From Tubiluchus corallicola (lineage: Eukaryota > Animalia > Priapulida): a DNA stretch of 64,000 nucleotides. The stretch spans positions 628,181 through 692,180 of the forward strand of contig JAQGDQ010000083.1 of NCBI GenBank assembly GCA_030141605.1, written 5' to 3'. The notes under the pieces were generated by a model that had not been told where the DNA came from, did not search any database, and saw only the letters and a list, made by a program, of their open reading frames with translations. Below, piece by piece: positions 26,153 through 40,816 of the stretch; the first letter of the stretch is position 1; each line of letters begins with the position of its first letter. Position numbers and translations under genes: made by a program.

Positions 26153-27187
26153 GGATATCAAAGTGACTGAACAACAACTTCAAAAATGACTTTTACAAGT
26201 ACTGTCTAAACCGAGATTCAAGTTTATCATTGATGGCTTTGATAAATTTGATGAATGCACTGTGCTATAAAAACAGAGAACCAGGATAAAAATGACATTA
26301 GAGCTTGTGTCTTTTGGTCAAAATCCAGGATGTTGTAAGTTGTTAAACATTCTTTCAATTACACATAAGATTTTGAGCCTGACTGAAAATTTACTGCAAG
26401 GCTGAAGTGGCAAACGAAGAATATTAGAGAGTCCAGAATGCAAACCTTGAGAGTGAATGCTTACGAAGAGGCACGTCGAAATTGTCAGTTAACCTAGCTT
26501 CAAGGCTCTTCAATATTAATTGTCACAAAAAACAGAATATGGAAAAATGAACTACAACATATTTAATGTTTGCATTATCTGACAGTTGTTGTGCTGTGAC
26601 TTCTGATACATCACATAGAGTTTTTAATTCATCAGACACCTTATGACAATTTGCTGAACTTTCTCTAGCAAATTATACACGTTCAAATAACTAACGAGTG
26701 TACGATTTATGCAATTATACTGTTATTTTGTCGTTCTTAAAAACACTTTAACTGAAAATCTTTGTGCGTTTTACAATTAAAAATGATTTGAAAATTTGAC
26801 ATTATCATAATCATCGTTATCATCATTGTTATTATAATGATCCCAGTGCACTTTTGTAAATCAAGCAACAATCAAGCAGCAGTTTTTATTATTTAGGTAT
26901 TATCGCACTTATATCACTTTATATTTTTTATTTTATATTATTTTGTACATTGCCATTGGATATTTTCTGTATTTTGCTTTTGAATGACAGCTTTACTAAA
27001 AGCATCTGTTTTTTCTAGCAAAGAATCTCGAAAACTTATGGTACTGCTCTTTTCTAAACTATTATTTACAAAATTCAGTTTATTACTATTCAAACGATTA
27101 TGCCCGTACTATCTTTATCAATAATTTTGACCTTCAATATCGCTTTTGTATTTGTAAAAAGTAATTATTACATAACTAACAAGTTAT

Positions 27188-27430
27188 GAATCGAATCGAA
27201 TCGAATCGAATCGAAGCGAAGCGAAGCGAAGCGAAGCTAATCTAATCTAATCTAATCTAATCTAATCTAATCTAATCAAGCTAAGCTAAGTAAAGCTAAG
27301 CTAATCCAATCCAATCTAATCTAACCTAATCTAATCTAGTCTAACCTCATCTAGTCTAATCTAATCTAATCCAATCCAATCCAATATAACCTAATGCAAT
27401 TGAATCTCAGCTAATCTAACCTAATCTAGT
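27188..27430. repeat. Compound pentanucleotide array (GAATC/GAAGC/TAATC)
   Basis: Directly visible. Confidence 0.92.
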
Positions 27431-28764
27431 CTGTTTTGATCTCATGTCGTCTTTGAGCTACATAAGTACGTTGAGCTCAGGATACCTTAGTAGATCTGTG
27501 CTGTGAATTATATTTACTCATAAGTCGGAGACCGTTGAATCTTTTCATTCGTCGGAACGCGTTCAATTTTATGCGTTCGTTTTCGAATTAACTGAACAAG
27601 AGAGATGCGATACAAATTTTGCAGAGAGGTGAATTAAACAGCAATTTTAAATAAACAAACGTGAGCTTCTATAAAGATGTTTTCGTGTTTATTAACTCAG
27701 ATTACCGTCAGTGAAAAGGAGACAGCTTAGAAGAAACGCACGTACGTTGGCTAACAAAGCCAATAATTCAAAATGCGACTTGGTTGCTGCTTGTGGATTT
27801 GGTTCACCTCAGGCGCCGACAATCAAATCAATGTGGTTCAAAGAATCATATGAGGATCCGTCATAATAACTCTGGGCAGTACAAGGCACGACTGCAGCTT
27901 GGCAAGACTTCGTGTTTCTGTTTTTCGTCTCCATTATAAATTTGATATTGTTATCACAGCCGCAATATTTCACTGATTAGATCAAGTCAAGAAACAACTT
28001 ACACTGAGGGAGTATATTGAGCGAAATTGTTTTCTTAAGACTGTAACAATGTGTGATGATTCTTTAATCACATCAAAAGAATACTTTACTGTGCTTTTTG
28101 ATGTTGCAAACCAAAAACCTGGCTAGAATAAGAATCCTAAAATACCTGTTGTAAAAAAAATTGTTGAAATTCTCGAAGCACCGGTAATGCAGACGCACAT
28201 GTTGTGTAGTATAATGTTGCCAAAGACACACTTTCCACTTCCATGATCGTAGTGGCCGGGCCCTGTCCACAATAATTCGAGTAATCCAAGATTTAGTTTT
28301 AAACTGAGCTTACAGTTTACACGGATTATAGTTTATGTGACAATTTTAACAATACGTAAATCAGGATCGTGATTCGCATCATTTGGGTTGAATATTCAAC
28401 ACTTAAATTCTGAAGCATTTCTAGAAAATCATAACAACAGTCTTTGGCATCTTCGTATATTAGTATTTTATCTCACATTGTAACTCATCCATTCATGAAC
28501 TATGCATTATACACATTAGGCTTAAGTATAAGATTACTATAGTAAAAATATTGATAGAAACGCAAACTCTTCATCTGTATTCTGCAAATCTCGACTAAAA
28601 AGAACAGTTACGCACCAAATTCCCTTAACCAATCAAACATTTTCCTGATGTCACGTAGCAAGCGGTTTCGCGTACTCGACAAGACCATCAGATCCAATGT
28701 TATGTAGGTACATATCGCGAGGACGTTATAATGTTTTAAATTCTTGTGGTAAATACGTTCTTAC

Positions 28765-29860
28765 ATTCATTCGTTGGCCTTTTCTTGTATCCGAGAATTT
28801 TACTTCATCAAAATGTCGTTCTTCTTCTGTGGTGGTAACATTGATGACTCAGGAGACCAATTCTTGCATGAAACATGCGGTAACACAGAGGCATTCGAAA
28901 GTTTGTGGGGTCGCAGCTAACTGATCTTGTTGAATCTTGATCTTGGCCTGTTGCTTCTTGGGCTGCTGATTTGGTTATCGAAGGATTTTGACTTCTCGCT
29001 CTTGTTTGTTTAAGAGCACATTTTAATTGGTATTTGATTTATGAAGCGGATATCCTTATTGTGTTTTGCCCGTTGTGACTTCACTAAAGAAAAGATGATG
29101 TGGATGCCTGGTTTCCTCATTCTGATGACATGTCCTCCTGACCAATGCAGACAGTGTTTCATGATGGTGGTTTCGGTGCTCTGGAGGTTTGCTCAGCAAT
29201 GCTCTTTCGAAGATAGTGATGACGATGTTGATAAATTATTGTGAAAGTCATGTTTGACCACTCACTTTGTTGTGATTGAGTTTAGGCACAGAAGTATGAA
29301 TAAGAATAAAAAATCTATAATACATATTTGCACTGCACACAAGAGAAAAGTGTTTATTAAAACTACAGAAACATGAGTAGCACAACTGCTGCACTGAACA
29401 CTGAGAGAGAGAGAGAGAGAGAGTGACTAGAAAGCAAAAATAGTCAGTATATATAGGTATGGGACTTGACCTATGCAGATTTGCACAGGCGTCACAACAA
29501 CCATTACGTTTAAATATGGAGAGGACCAGTGTCTATGCATTGATGTTCAGGATGAAGAGAGACATTTGCTAGTGGAAAGGTTCGAGCTGTTTCGTGCTCC
29601 ACACGATAGTGGAGGATACAGGTCTTGCAGTCATAGGGGAAGGATGAAATAGGGACAGCTTCATCGTGAATTTTACATTTGGGCACAGATCTTTGCTCTT
29701 TAAAACTGGTTTTGTAAGTTTCTCATAAGCCATATGAGCTGCTACAATTTGATGCTTCACACCTTTCCAGAAATGTGTATAAGACAGACCTCCAACGTAT
29801 TGAAAATGTGTGATCCACCGACCGATCGGCTTGTCAAAGATGATGATGTTGCTTACTTGA
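28765..29860 (-). pseudogene. Decayed RTE-clade LINE 3' half
   Basis: IVAAHMAYEKL..VLKSKDL, HWSGGHVIRM and the terminal FHARIGLLSHQ motif typical of RTE ORFs. Confidence 0.75.
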
Positions 29861-30012
29861 ACTGCTTGCTTAATTTAGTACTATGCTAAGTTGCTTTATG
29901 TATTCTGCTGTGTAATGCTTAAGTAATGTAGAAAATATCTAAGCAACAACACGAATTATGTTCACTTTGCATTCGGCAAAGTCACTTTATGTTTTCTATA
30001 TAGATGCCGGCT

Positions 30013-30240
30013 ATTATTCAAAACGTCTAGAAGTCAAAGTACCCATTAAATCTCAATTTTTCACACAAACTTTCATCCTTCGTAGACTTTGTCAACTGAA
30101 ATCTACTTGTAAAGCCTAAATCTTGAAATACCTAAGCCATACAAGTAGATTTCAGCTGACGAAGTCCGTGAAAGACGAAAACTTCTGTGAAAAAATTGAG
30201 ACAATGAACACACTGGCTTCTTTACGATTATGACCATGGC
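30013..30240. mobile_element. Fold-back (palindromic) MITE
   Basis: Arms TCTCAATTTTT...CTGAAATCTACTTGTA / TACAAGTAGATTTCAG...AAAAATTGAGA around a short spacer. Confidence 0.7.
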
Positions 30241-30449
30241 AAGTCTCAGAAGAACACTATCTTATTTTCAAGCTACAAAACATCTAGGTAATGTGTGAAA
30301 GTGTCTCAGCAAAAAGGATTTAATTGACACGCAGCTATTCGCATACAGTATTAGATTAGGCCAAGATTAAAATTGCTAAAATAAAAACGGTAACAATGTA
30401 AAACTGAAACCCATCGCACTGAATTTATTAATTATTGTGATAAAATAGT

Positions 30450-32313
30450 ATATTCACTAAAAATGGCAGCTGATGTATGCATACCTGTAAAAAATACGGA
30501 TTATAAAACGCACCCAAAACAAATTGCGAGGTGGAATGACTTAGTCCGCGAAAACATGACTATTCGCGACAAATATTCCATTTATGAGTAAGTAGTGATC
30601 GACCCAGGCAAGGTGCGTTAGAATTTGAGATGCGTCGTGCTAGGGCATCTTTTAAACAGGCTTTGCGCGAATGCAAGCGAAGAGAGAATGCGATCAATGC
30701 TGATAAATTAGCATACAACTTGATGGATAATAATCCTATAAACTTTTGGAATAACGTCAAAAATCATTGCAATACAAAAGTTCCGCTTGCACCTAAAATT
30801 GATAGCGTGGAAGGAGAAGAAAACGTGACTAGAATGCGGAAAGATTATTTTAGTTCCATCCTTAAGTCAATTGACTGCTCAAGTGAGAGAGACGAATTGG
30901 AATACTGCAAAAATTTTGCTCCAGTATTCTTGTCCCTGTTTTAAAGGACAAAAATGGGAACATTTCTAGCACCAATAATTATCGCCCAATAGCAATGCCA
31001 CCTATTTCAAGCAAACTTATAGAGAAAGTTTTCACACAACGCTATGAGAACTTGTTACCATCTACGGATAACCAGTTTGGCTTTAAAAAAGATCTGGGCA
31101 CTGAAATGTGCATTTTCACCTTAAAGGAAATTGTAAATTTTCCGCATCCAAAAATAGTATGGTTCATATATGTTTTATAGACGCTTCAAAAGCATTTTAT
31201 AATGTTAACTATTGCAAATTATTTCTAGAACTTTATCATACTGATTTCCCAAAGATAATCTCGCGTTTACTGTATACGTGGTGTAAGAAACAGGAACTGG
31301 CAATTAGATGGGGGAACAGTATCTCAGACAAGTTTAATATGTCTAATGGTGTGTGGGCAAGGCAGCTGCTGTGTCTTCTAAACTATTTAACACTTATCTT
31401 TGTAAACTGAGTCGCACCTTAACAGAATCAAAAACTGGCTGTTTTATTGGAAATGTACATACTAATCATCTTATGTACGCTGATGACACTTGTCTGATTG
31501 CTTCTACTATAACGACCCTTCAGTATTTGTTAAATTTGTACATGCAGTATGCAGCACAATGTGTTATTAAGGTGAACTATACAAAAACAAAACTTTTAAC
31601 CTTCAAGCCGTTAAATTATACTAAATTCCCCACAGGAGATATTTATGCAGAAACTAATATCATTAAATCTTGTACAGAAGAAAAGTACCTAGGTCATCTT
31701 TTAACAACAGATAAAACAGACAATACGGATATAGGCCGCCAGCGTCGTTTGTTCTGCATTCTCAAGCAAATTAATTCGATATTTTCCTAATTGCAGTACA
31801 GAAGTCAAACAAACTTTGTTCAAAGCATATTACTCTAACTTTTATTGTGCCGAATTATGGAATAACTATTACGACCACAGCTTGAAGAATTTAAAAGTTG
31901 CTTATAATAAAGGGATCAGAATTTTGTTTAATCTACCTTATGACTGCTAGGCTAGACAAATGTGTATAGAACTAAATTTACCCTATTTTGATTTTATTAT
32001 TAGAAGATCTTTTTATTCACTAAAAATTAGAGCTACTGACAACTACAATGAATTGACAAGTGATATATTTATCAGTGACTATTTATTTATATCTAAGTTG
32101 TATAAGCATTGAAATAAATGCCTATATACTGTAGCGAAATAAAGCAAAGTTGTAAATATTGTAAATACTCAATTAACTGTGTTTAATTGTGAGACACTAC
32201 TAACCGATAATTGTATATTGATTTATATGTATAATGTTTGTTTGTGAACTATAATTTGTATTGTAATATGGACTTTGTTCCGAAATAAAAGTATTCAATC
32301 AATAATTCAATCA
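30450..32313 (+). pseudogene. Decayed, internally deleted LINE (RTE-X-like) with 3' UTR and tail
   Basis: NNYRPIA, NQFGFKK, CFIDASKAF, HLMYADD and KYLG motifs across frameshifts; ends AATAAA followed by TTCAATCAA repeats. Confidence 0.85.
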
Positions 32314-32528
32314 AAAAATAATAGTGTTGCATTCACCCAATTTTATTTATTCCCAACAATAATAAACAAGAACAAATGCCGGCAAGTCTTGCAACAGTGT
32401 TACACGATGATCTCCACCATTACTGTAACAGTAAAACACTGATTGTAGGCACATTAATATTTAACATAATAATATGATTAAGTTAACGAAATAAAAAGAA
32501 TTAGCGTTATTTTATTTTAAGTTGAAAT

Positions 32529-32693
32529 TCAGTAAAACTGCTCATCTAGGTCTCGCCGATACATGTAAGTTTCTGTCTCTTCTGGTTCAGCGAAGCGTTT
32601 TTCAATGTTGTTGTCATCATCTTGTTCTCGGCGGTCACGTCTTCTGCTGATGCTAGCACCGCGACTACGCTTCCCTTCACTCAGTGCCACAAC
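32529..32693 (-). CDS. Small secreted prepropeptide, coding exon 2 (terminal)
   Basis: Acceptor tttttgttactag|GTT, phase 0; VVALSEG-KRSRGASISRRRDRREQDDDNNIEKRFAEPEETETYMYRRDLDEQFY*; GC-richer than its flanks; AATAAA downstream. Confidence 0.8.
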   Translation of the reverse strand, partial: VVALSEGKRSRGASISRRRDRREQDDDNNIEKRFAEPEETETYMYRRDLDEQFY

Positions 32694-32956
32694 CTAGTAA
32701 CAAAAATAGATCACTTCTTTATTGCCATGTAGATACCATTGAACTGAATTACCTATAACAGTACTAGAACAAATAACTCAAGTGTTATTAGGGAATATCT
32801 GCAAACTAATGTTACACTGAGAGAAATAATAAAACAGGTTTACTTTAACATATATTCAGTTATAACAGAATCTAACGTAGAAAAATGCTTATTATTGCAA
32901 AATTTTCTCTCTGTCATGAATTTAGCAACATGACGTAATAGCTCAGCTGTCCCGTG

Positions 32957-33410
32957 CAGGGGCGTATTTAGTAATATACTAACTAGGCTGCCTGCAGCCT
33001 AGAGTGCCAAATTTTGAAAGGCGTCAGATTTTTGAAGCAGATTATTCTCCACGAGAAAATTCATATATCTTTTCATATTCATTATAATGCTCGTATTTTA
33101 TAACATACCACAAGCTGTTACTGACTCCCCTTATATATAACGGTCGTATAATTAACAAGTACAATTATTACATGAAAGCACCAACCCACGAGCAATGGCG
33201 CATCATGCTTAGATATAAATTTCTTATATTTTTTGCATTATAAAGAAGTCATAACAGTATAAGCGCGTTGAAAATATATATTTAATTAACAACATCCTTG
33301 TAGGTACTTGGCCACATTTACAATGCCCTTCTTATATAAATAATTATAAATTCGACCTGGCCGGCACTATATTATCAGCCTAGGTCACCATAATAACTAT
33401 ATACACCACT
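32957..33410. mobile_element. Degenerate hAT-like MITE in an intron
   Basis: Ends CAGGGGCGTATTTAG / CTATATACACCACTC with subterminal GCAGCCTAG motifs. Confidence 0.45.
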
Positions 33411-34029
33411 CCCGAGAACAACATTAGAACATATCGCTACACATAATTAGGAAATAGTTTATGTGGTTAGTCATAGTTATGACTGATAAACAGATATCAC
33501 GTAAATTACTGCAGATAATTTCTGTTTATTACAGCTAATTAATGTTTATTGCCGTGAGTTACAATCATATAGCAAAAATTGCTGTAGCTTAGTTTTAATT
33601 CTAATTAATCTGTGACTCCGATTATTACGTATAATTTGCGCTCAATGTGATTCATTGAATTTTTTGTAAAAATTGGGCACCTTTGTAATTTTAACGCCCA
33701 GACAATTTTCAATCTACAGTCACACAATTCTATTATTCAGTTTTTATACGTGGCCTTTTTAGCGCACCAACTTTGGCGCGACAAAGAAGTAATAATTTTT
33801 AGTAATTCCACGCGTTGGCATAAAACATTGTGTAAATCATTACTTTCTTTATCTTACCTCATCTCACAATATCTTATTCGGGTAACTTGGTGCTAAAATT
33901 AAATAACTCTACTTCTCTTCAATGACAGTTTAACTTATTTTAAACATAGTTTCGTTTTCTAAAGTATCTTGTTTTTAAACAAATAAATATATTCAGGCAA
34001 GACAATGCAATAAAATATACTCAACATAA

Positions 34030-34272
34030 TGCAATGCACGGCGTACGATACGATACGATACACTACACTACAATATAATACAATACAATGCAATGCAATG
34101 CAATGCAATGCAATGCAATGCAATGCAATGCAATGCAATGCAATGCAATACAATACAATACAATACAATACAATACAATACAATACAATACAATACAATA
34201 CAATACAATACAATACAATACAATACAATACAATACAATACAATACAATACAATACAATACAATACAATGCA
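34030..34272. repeat. (CAATG)n/(CAATA)n microsatellite
   Basis: Directly visible. Confidence 0.97.
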
Positions 34273-34388
34273 AAACAATTCAACATAATATAGTAAGACA
34301 ATAAACTTAACTGAATTGACCCTAAATAACTACTCTGATTGGAACGATGGAAAAACTACATAGTTCATTCAGATAAGCGACTACTTAC

Positions 34389-34433
34389 CAGGGCAATTAC
34401 CAGAAAAGCAACCAACAGCTTTTTGCTCATCAT
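34389..34433 (-). CDS. Small secreted prepropeptide, coding exon 1 (exon spans 34389-34456)
   Basis: ctttttcag| acceptor, CAAAATG start, MMSKKLLVAFLVIAL, donor CTG|gtaagt in phase 0; the signal peptide is completed by VVALSEG in the next exon. Confidence 0.8.
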
Positions 34434-34793
34434 TTTGAATAAAATTCACGCAGCGTCTGAAAAAGCAGAACAACAGTTCTCAATTCAGAAGAGTTGTAGC
34501 GTTTTAATATTTTTATAAAAGAGCCACAATATCAAACGTAAAAAATATTAAATATTAAACGTATCAACTCGTATAAAACACACCAACAAGCTGTTATTTG
34601 CTATGCAGAAAAACAAGCCCGTGTATATACATGATCATCCTACATTTTTGCTAATGCAGCAACGCTGATATTTTCATTTTAATTTTACCAGTTGAAATAA
34701 AAGTCTGACAACTGCAGTTGCTTGACTATAGCATTTGATAGGCATAAACTATAAATCTTGTAAGTGTAAGTATAATAGCTATACTGTACTTAC

Positions 34794-34873
34794 CAGTTCT
34801 TGACTTCAGTAGTGCCTTGGATGTGTCCAGAAGACGTATATGTGCAGAATGTTTGTCTGTGCGTCTATTTATA
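34794..34873 (-). promoter_or_regulatory. TATA box and non-coding first exon of the prepropeptide gene
   Basis: TATAAATA at 34873-34866, inferred start about 25-30 nt downstream, consensus donor CTG|gtaagt at 34793. Confidence 0.65.
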
Positions 34874-37800
34874 CGATTTGTGGTCAATCTGTGACATCTT
34901 GTTTTTAATCATCTCACCATCATGTCAGCAACGTTTCAGTTTCACATCTGTAATTATGACATCTTATTGCAATATTTCTGAAATGCCATTATTAAATAAG
35001 ATTATTTAGATGCGAACGTCACGCCACCATGTGTCACAAAGTTATTAACTTCTTATTAAGCTTCATCCAGCGTCATCGCATTAATTAACAGACTTTATTA
35101 TAGATCATTACTTCGATGTAAAAGACAGCAGAAGGGTAATAAGATTTGTACCTTAATATATATTTATCATTGCTACCATCATTACTTTGCACTAATTAGG
35201 ATTATTTGCTTGCTGTTTATTAAACGGTACCCAGCATTCGATCATAATGAATGACGCATTACTTTTATTATACATATAATATACTTAAATACATATACTT
35301 TATACTTGAATGCGAGAAATGTGAGGGAAGGGCAATAACGTTTGACAATAACAAGCCCGACGAGAGAGGGGGCAGGGGGCAGTGCCCCGGGCCCGGGTGT
35401 CTAGGGGTCTCGAGAAAATTAAGGACTCATCCAGGGTTTTGTATAGCTAGAGCTGCTAATGTTTTTATTCTTCATAAAGTTGTCTAAGTGGACTAGCCAT
35501 TTTTTGTCTTTACTCTAGATCTTCCCTCATCAGTAATGCCTTTCTGATTGTTGGAGGCATTGGAAATAATGGGGACAGCCGTTAGTGTTAACGTTGTTTG
35601 TTAATCGAGCGACGATAAATAAATATTGTCTTTATCTTTTGTCTTTTTTACAATAATTGCGCTAAGTGTTCGATGTTAACTTGCAGATGTTACGAAAAAC
35701 ACGTTTAAACTTATCAGGTTGGATGCTTCGTGAATAAAGCTTGTTCTTTTGTCCAAAAAGAACACGGAATTCTCCATTATGACATCATAATGACGTATAA
35801 TAATATTATATATATGCATCACTTCATTGTTGTTACTTCAATTTTTGCACATTTCTATGTTAACAATATTAGCACATTTCTGCTGCCCTGAAACCCCGTA
35901 TATTGAAATTAAAATCAAATGCTACAAATCATTTCTGTGGACAGGTTGAAGAAAAATGATGATTAACAAAAATTTGGTTTTGGATTGTTTAGTTATCAAA
36001 GCTTTATATAGTTTTTTCCCATTTGTATTAGGTAGAAGAGCAGATATTAGGAGAAAGCAATGCTTGCCCACATAATAAGCTACTTTGGCTGCAAAAAATA
36101 ATTTTATTACTACTATAGGCACTCTGTATCATTTGATTGTGAAATTTCAAACTGTTATTCTGTGAAGTCTATAAAAAAATATAAAAAATCGTCAAACAAA
36201 AAAACAACGGTAAAATAACTTGGCCATTAAATTTATAACAAAGTATAATTTTCAAACACAGCCATTGTAAATAAAAACGTACAATACAACAATAACAATA
36301 AATAAAAATAACGTTAGCATAATTTCATATTATAGTAGCATAATCACTTTGACCCTATACATCGCAGTTCAAAAGCGTTTCAAAATATCACACAGCAGAG
36401 CTCATTTCAATAAATAATCAAAATCAATTATTCATTTCAGACATTGTCAAGCACAGAATTAATATTACTCTGCAAAAGAAAAATATCATTAGTTTAAGTT
36501 CATACAACATTTAGGACAACAATTAGCTAAGGTGGACACGTCTCTATAGCTTGTCAATGAGAAATTGGATTACCGGGCATACATACGAGAATATTTAGAA
36601 AACGAATCAGTTAAAGTAATTTAATCAGAATAAATAGGCCTAAATGATCCTACAAGCTGCTCCTACCTCAGTATGAGGCGAACGACGTGATATGAAATGA
36701 AAACAAAATATACGGAAAGTTAACTATTACAGCAACCGAAGGGAAGGGGCAGCTGATTCCAGCAGAGCACAACAAGACTAGTGAGTAAGGTAAATTATTA
36801 ATTTAAACTTAAGAAATCGAGAACCAGATTCGCGACAACATTGACTCACTTAATTTTCTTCATTTTAGTTTTCTGCGATAATGATAATTCAGGAGTAAAC
36901 GTCGCTACTGAGTCATTGTTTTTTTCACGAGTAAATTTCAGTGCAGAACATCGCGCAACTGAATCCTGTCAGATTCAAGAAATTAATCTTGAATTTCTGT
37001 ATCACTTACATACTGTCTTATTGCATCCAGGGCTTGCGTTATCAGCAACGCTTTATAAAACTTGAAAATTTAAACTCCCGCTATTACCGTTTGGTGCAGC
37101 CATTTTGACAGTAAGTCGTTTTAAATAAGTTTAAATAACATTGTGTAAAATTTGAAAAAATAATCACAGCATTCGTACCGCACACTTCGCTGACTAAGCA
37201 AAAGTATAAATTATTTTATCTTGTCGACAACATGTGTTTTTGTGAGTCAGTGGTGCACACTGGGATGGCAGTGACGTCTTACCATGCAGTTGGGACGAAC
37301 TTTCTAAATTACTAAGAATTTTCTTTTCTAGTTACATAACTCTTTCAAGCAGGTAAGCGTAACTTTGTAAGGCTATTTGGGTGATAAACCTTAAAACTGC
37401 CCTTTATTCCCCTTTAAATAAACTGCCACTGACTAGAATTCAAGAGCACTTTTGCATAATGACACAAAACCATTAGTTAGCATTCTTTCGAAAATGTCGA
37501 GTAAAACGCCATTACAATGAACAAATGCCAGAAACTCCGTACTGATCAAAAATGAGCTGCACAGATGATCCAAGAGCGAGACGATTGATTTACCAGGAAT
37601 CTAACTGATTTTCTTGCTTACCTCCTCCATAGAGCCCAGGTCATAGAACCTAACGATAAAATGGATAATTGTAGAGCTATTGCGGTAACTGTCGCTTAAA
37701 ATAATAGACATTAACCAAGCACTGATTACTACTTGAGTAAATTTACCGTTTCAGCTAATGTGCCAGAGCTCTGCATTAATCTCGGCTGTCTGTAAAAAGT

Positions 37801-37937
37801 ACCATTATATTTAGACGATAATTCCTTGCGAGAAAATTGTTCTACCTTGCGTCCTCGGCAACAGTTATTAAGTGTCAGCCAAAAAAGTTCCTCCATCTTG
37901 TCGATCTCAGTCTCCAATCGCTTCATGGCGCCATTAT

Positions 37938-38670
<733 letters not shown>

Positions 38671-39049
38671 GAAGATAACAATGCTGAATGACAGTCACTA
38701 CCCTCAGTAATCTGTTGATACCACTAACTGGTACACAATTTTATTTATTTTGTGTTTATTCTCAAGGCCATGTTACATTTCGTCATGTGTTAAGTGGGTT
38801 AATAAAACCACACACAGCAGATTTTTGCTAAATATCATGTCGTCTAACCTCGTCTTCATTCGAGTACATTTTTTATACACATTGGTCAAGAAGGGAACAT
38901 GCAAATTTGCTCCTTTGCGATACAAAATTATTAATAAAGTTATTAAAAACAGCAACTACCTTCTTGTGATTTCTTCGTATTCGTAAAGAAGAAAAACCCA
39001 CCAGCTAAAACTTATAATACAGATACAAACACACGTGTGCACTGTTCTT

Positions 39050-39295
39050 GTTTTTGTTTTGTTTTGTTTTGTTTTGTTTTGTTTTGTTTTGTTTTGTTTT
39101 GTTTTGTTTTGTTTTGTTTTGTTTTGTTTTGTTTTGTTATGTTTTGTTTTGTTTTGTTTTGTTTTGTTTTGTTTTGTTTTGTTTTGTTTTGTTTTGTTTT
39201 GTTTTGTTTTGTTTTGTTTTGTTTTGTTTTGTTTTGTTTTGTTTTGTTTTGTTTTGTTTTGTTTTGTTTTGTTTTGTTTTGTTTTGTTTTGTTTG

Positions 39296-39326
<31 letters not shown>

Positions 39327-39435
39327 TTTGTTTTGTTTTGTTTTGTTTTGTTTTGTTTTGTTTTGTTTTGTTTTGTTTTGTTTTGTTTTGTTTTGTTTTG
39401 TTTTGTTTTGTTTTGTTTTGTTTTGTTTTGTTTTG

Positions 39436-39466
<31 letters not shown>

Positions 39467-39773
39467 TTTGTTTTGTTTTGTTTTGTTTTGTTTTGTTTTG
39501 TTTTGTTTTGTTTTGTTTTGTTTTGTTTTGTTTTGTTTTGTTTTGTTTTGTTTTGTTTTGTTTTGTTTTGTTTTGTTTTGTTTTGTTTTGTTTTGTTTTG
39601 TTTTGTTTTGTTTTGTTTTGTTTTGTTTTGTTTTGTTTTGTTTTGTTTTGTTTTGTTTTGTTTTGTTTTGTTTTGTTTTGTTTTGTTTTGTTTTGTTTTG
39701 TTTTGTTTTGTTTTGTTTTGTTTTGTTTTGTTTTGTTTTGTTTTGTTTTGTTTTGTTTTGTTTTGTTTTGTTT
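39050..39773. repeat. (TTTTG)n array, about 720 bp
   Basis: Directly visible; source of the FCFVL ORFs. Confidence 0.98.
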
Positions 39774-40534
39774 TATATTTAGTGGACTTTTAGCACTTAT
39801 GGCTCACGCTAGAACAACTATTAGTTAGTCGATTAGCGCAGGTTTGTGAGTAATTGATTACTTAAGTAAATGCAAAGCTTCTAAAGAACAGGTGAAACTT
39901 AATATTTCCTTGCAAGTTGTGGGATTAAGCCTACATAGTCGACTACAAAGCTTTCTAAAGAAAATAATTAATGAAGAAATGAAACAGAGAAAAAACAGAA
40001 CTAACCAACAAAGCTTGACGTGATTAAATCGTTGATGAATAAAGTAATCCATTCAAGAAAACACAAAGAACGACAACTTCAAGTTAAGTCAAATTCTCTA
40101 TTAGCGTTAGCCCTTTTATTTAAGTAAGACGGGACAGGAAAGCACCTCTCTCCCAGTAAAACTTTAGCAATTTTTTTAATTTCAATTTTCTACAATTTAA
40201 AAAAGCTTACTATGCACCAGCTGGATAAGTTTGCCAGTTTAGCACTTTTTATGTCACGCGTTATTTTTCACGCAATGGTTTTTAGAAACAAGTCATCATT
40301 AACGCGCGAATAATCCACGTGGTTTTCCTTCCTTTTGTAATTACAGTGCTTGTGATATTGCACGTTTTCATAGAGCACGAAAATACGTGAGATATACATA
40401 TTCTATTGTGAAGTAACATTTCCTTACATCACTATACAATAAACACTTCTGCTTCGCCCGAAATGCGTGCTTTCCTACAAATCCTTTTCAAGTAAAGTCA
40501 ATGCGAATCTTAATTGAAACTGATTGGTTACGGG

Positions 40535-40720
40535 GAAAACGAATTCTTAAAATGAAAATAACAGCCAGCGTCCACTTAATCAAACACATGGTTTTTATTC
40601 AGACAGGACAAAAACATGTGCAATGTTTAGATCGTTGCGATGTTTGTGTTGAGTCTGAATAAAAGACATGTATTTGATTAAGTGGGTGGTGGCTATTATT
40701 TTCATTTCAAGAATCGTTTA
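40535..40720. mobile_element. Fold-back (palindromic) MITE
   Basis: Arms TTCTTAAAATGAAAATAA...CCACTTAATCAAACACATG..TTTTATTCAGAC / GTCTGAATAAAA..CATGTATTTGATTAAGTGG...TTATTTTCATTTCAAGAA. Confidence 0.7.
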
Positions 40721-40816
40721 CCGAACTGCAAGAATCAATAATTTAAACAATCAGACAATAAAGCAAATCGCAATATTTTTCACCAGGAAAACAAACTTTG
40801 TCGTTTTCGGCATTTA

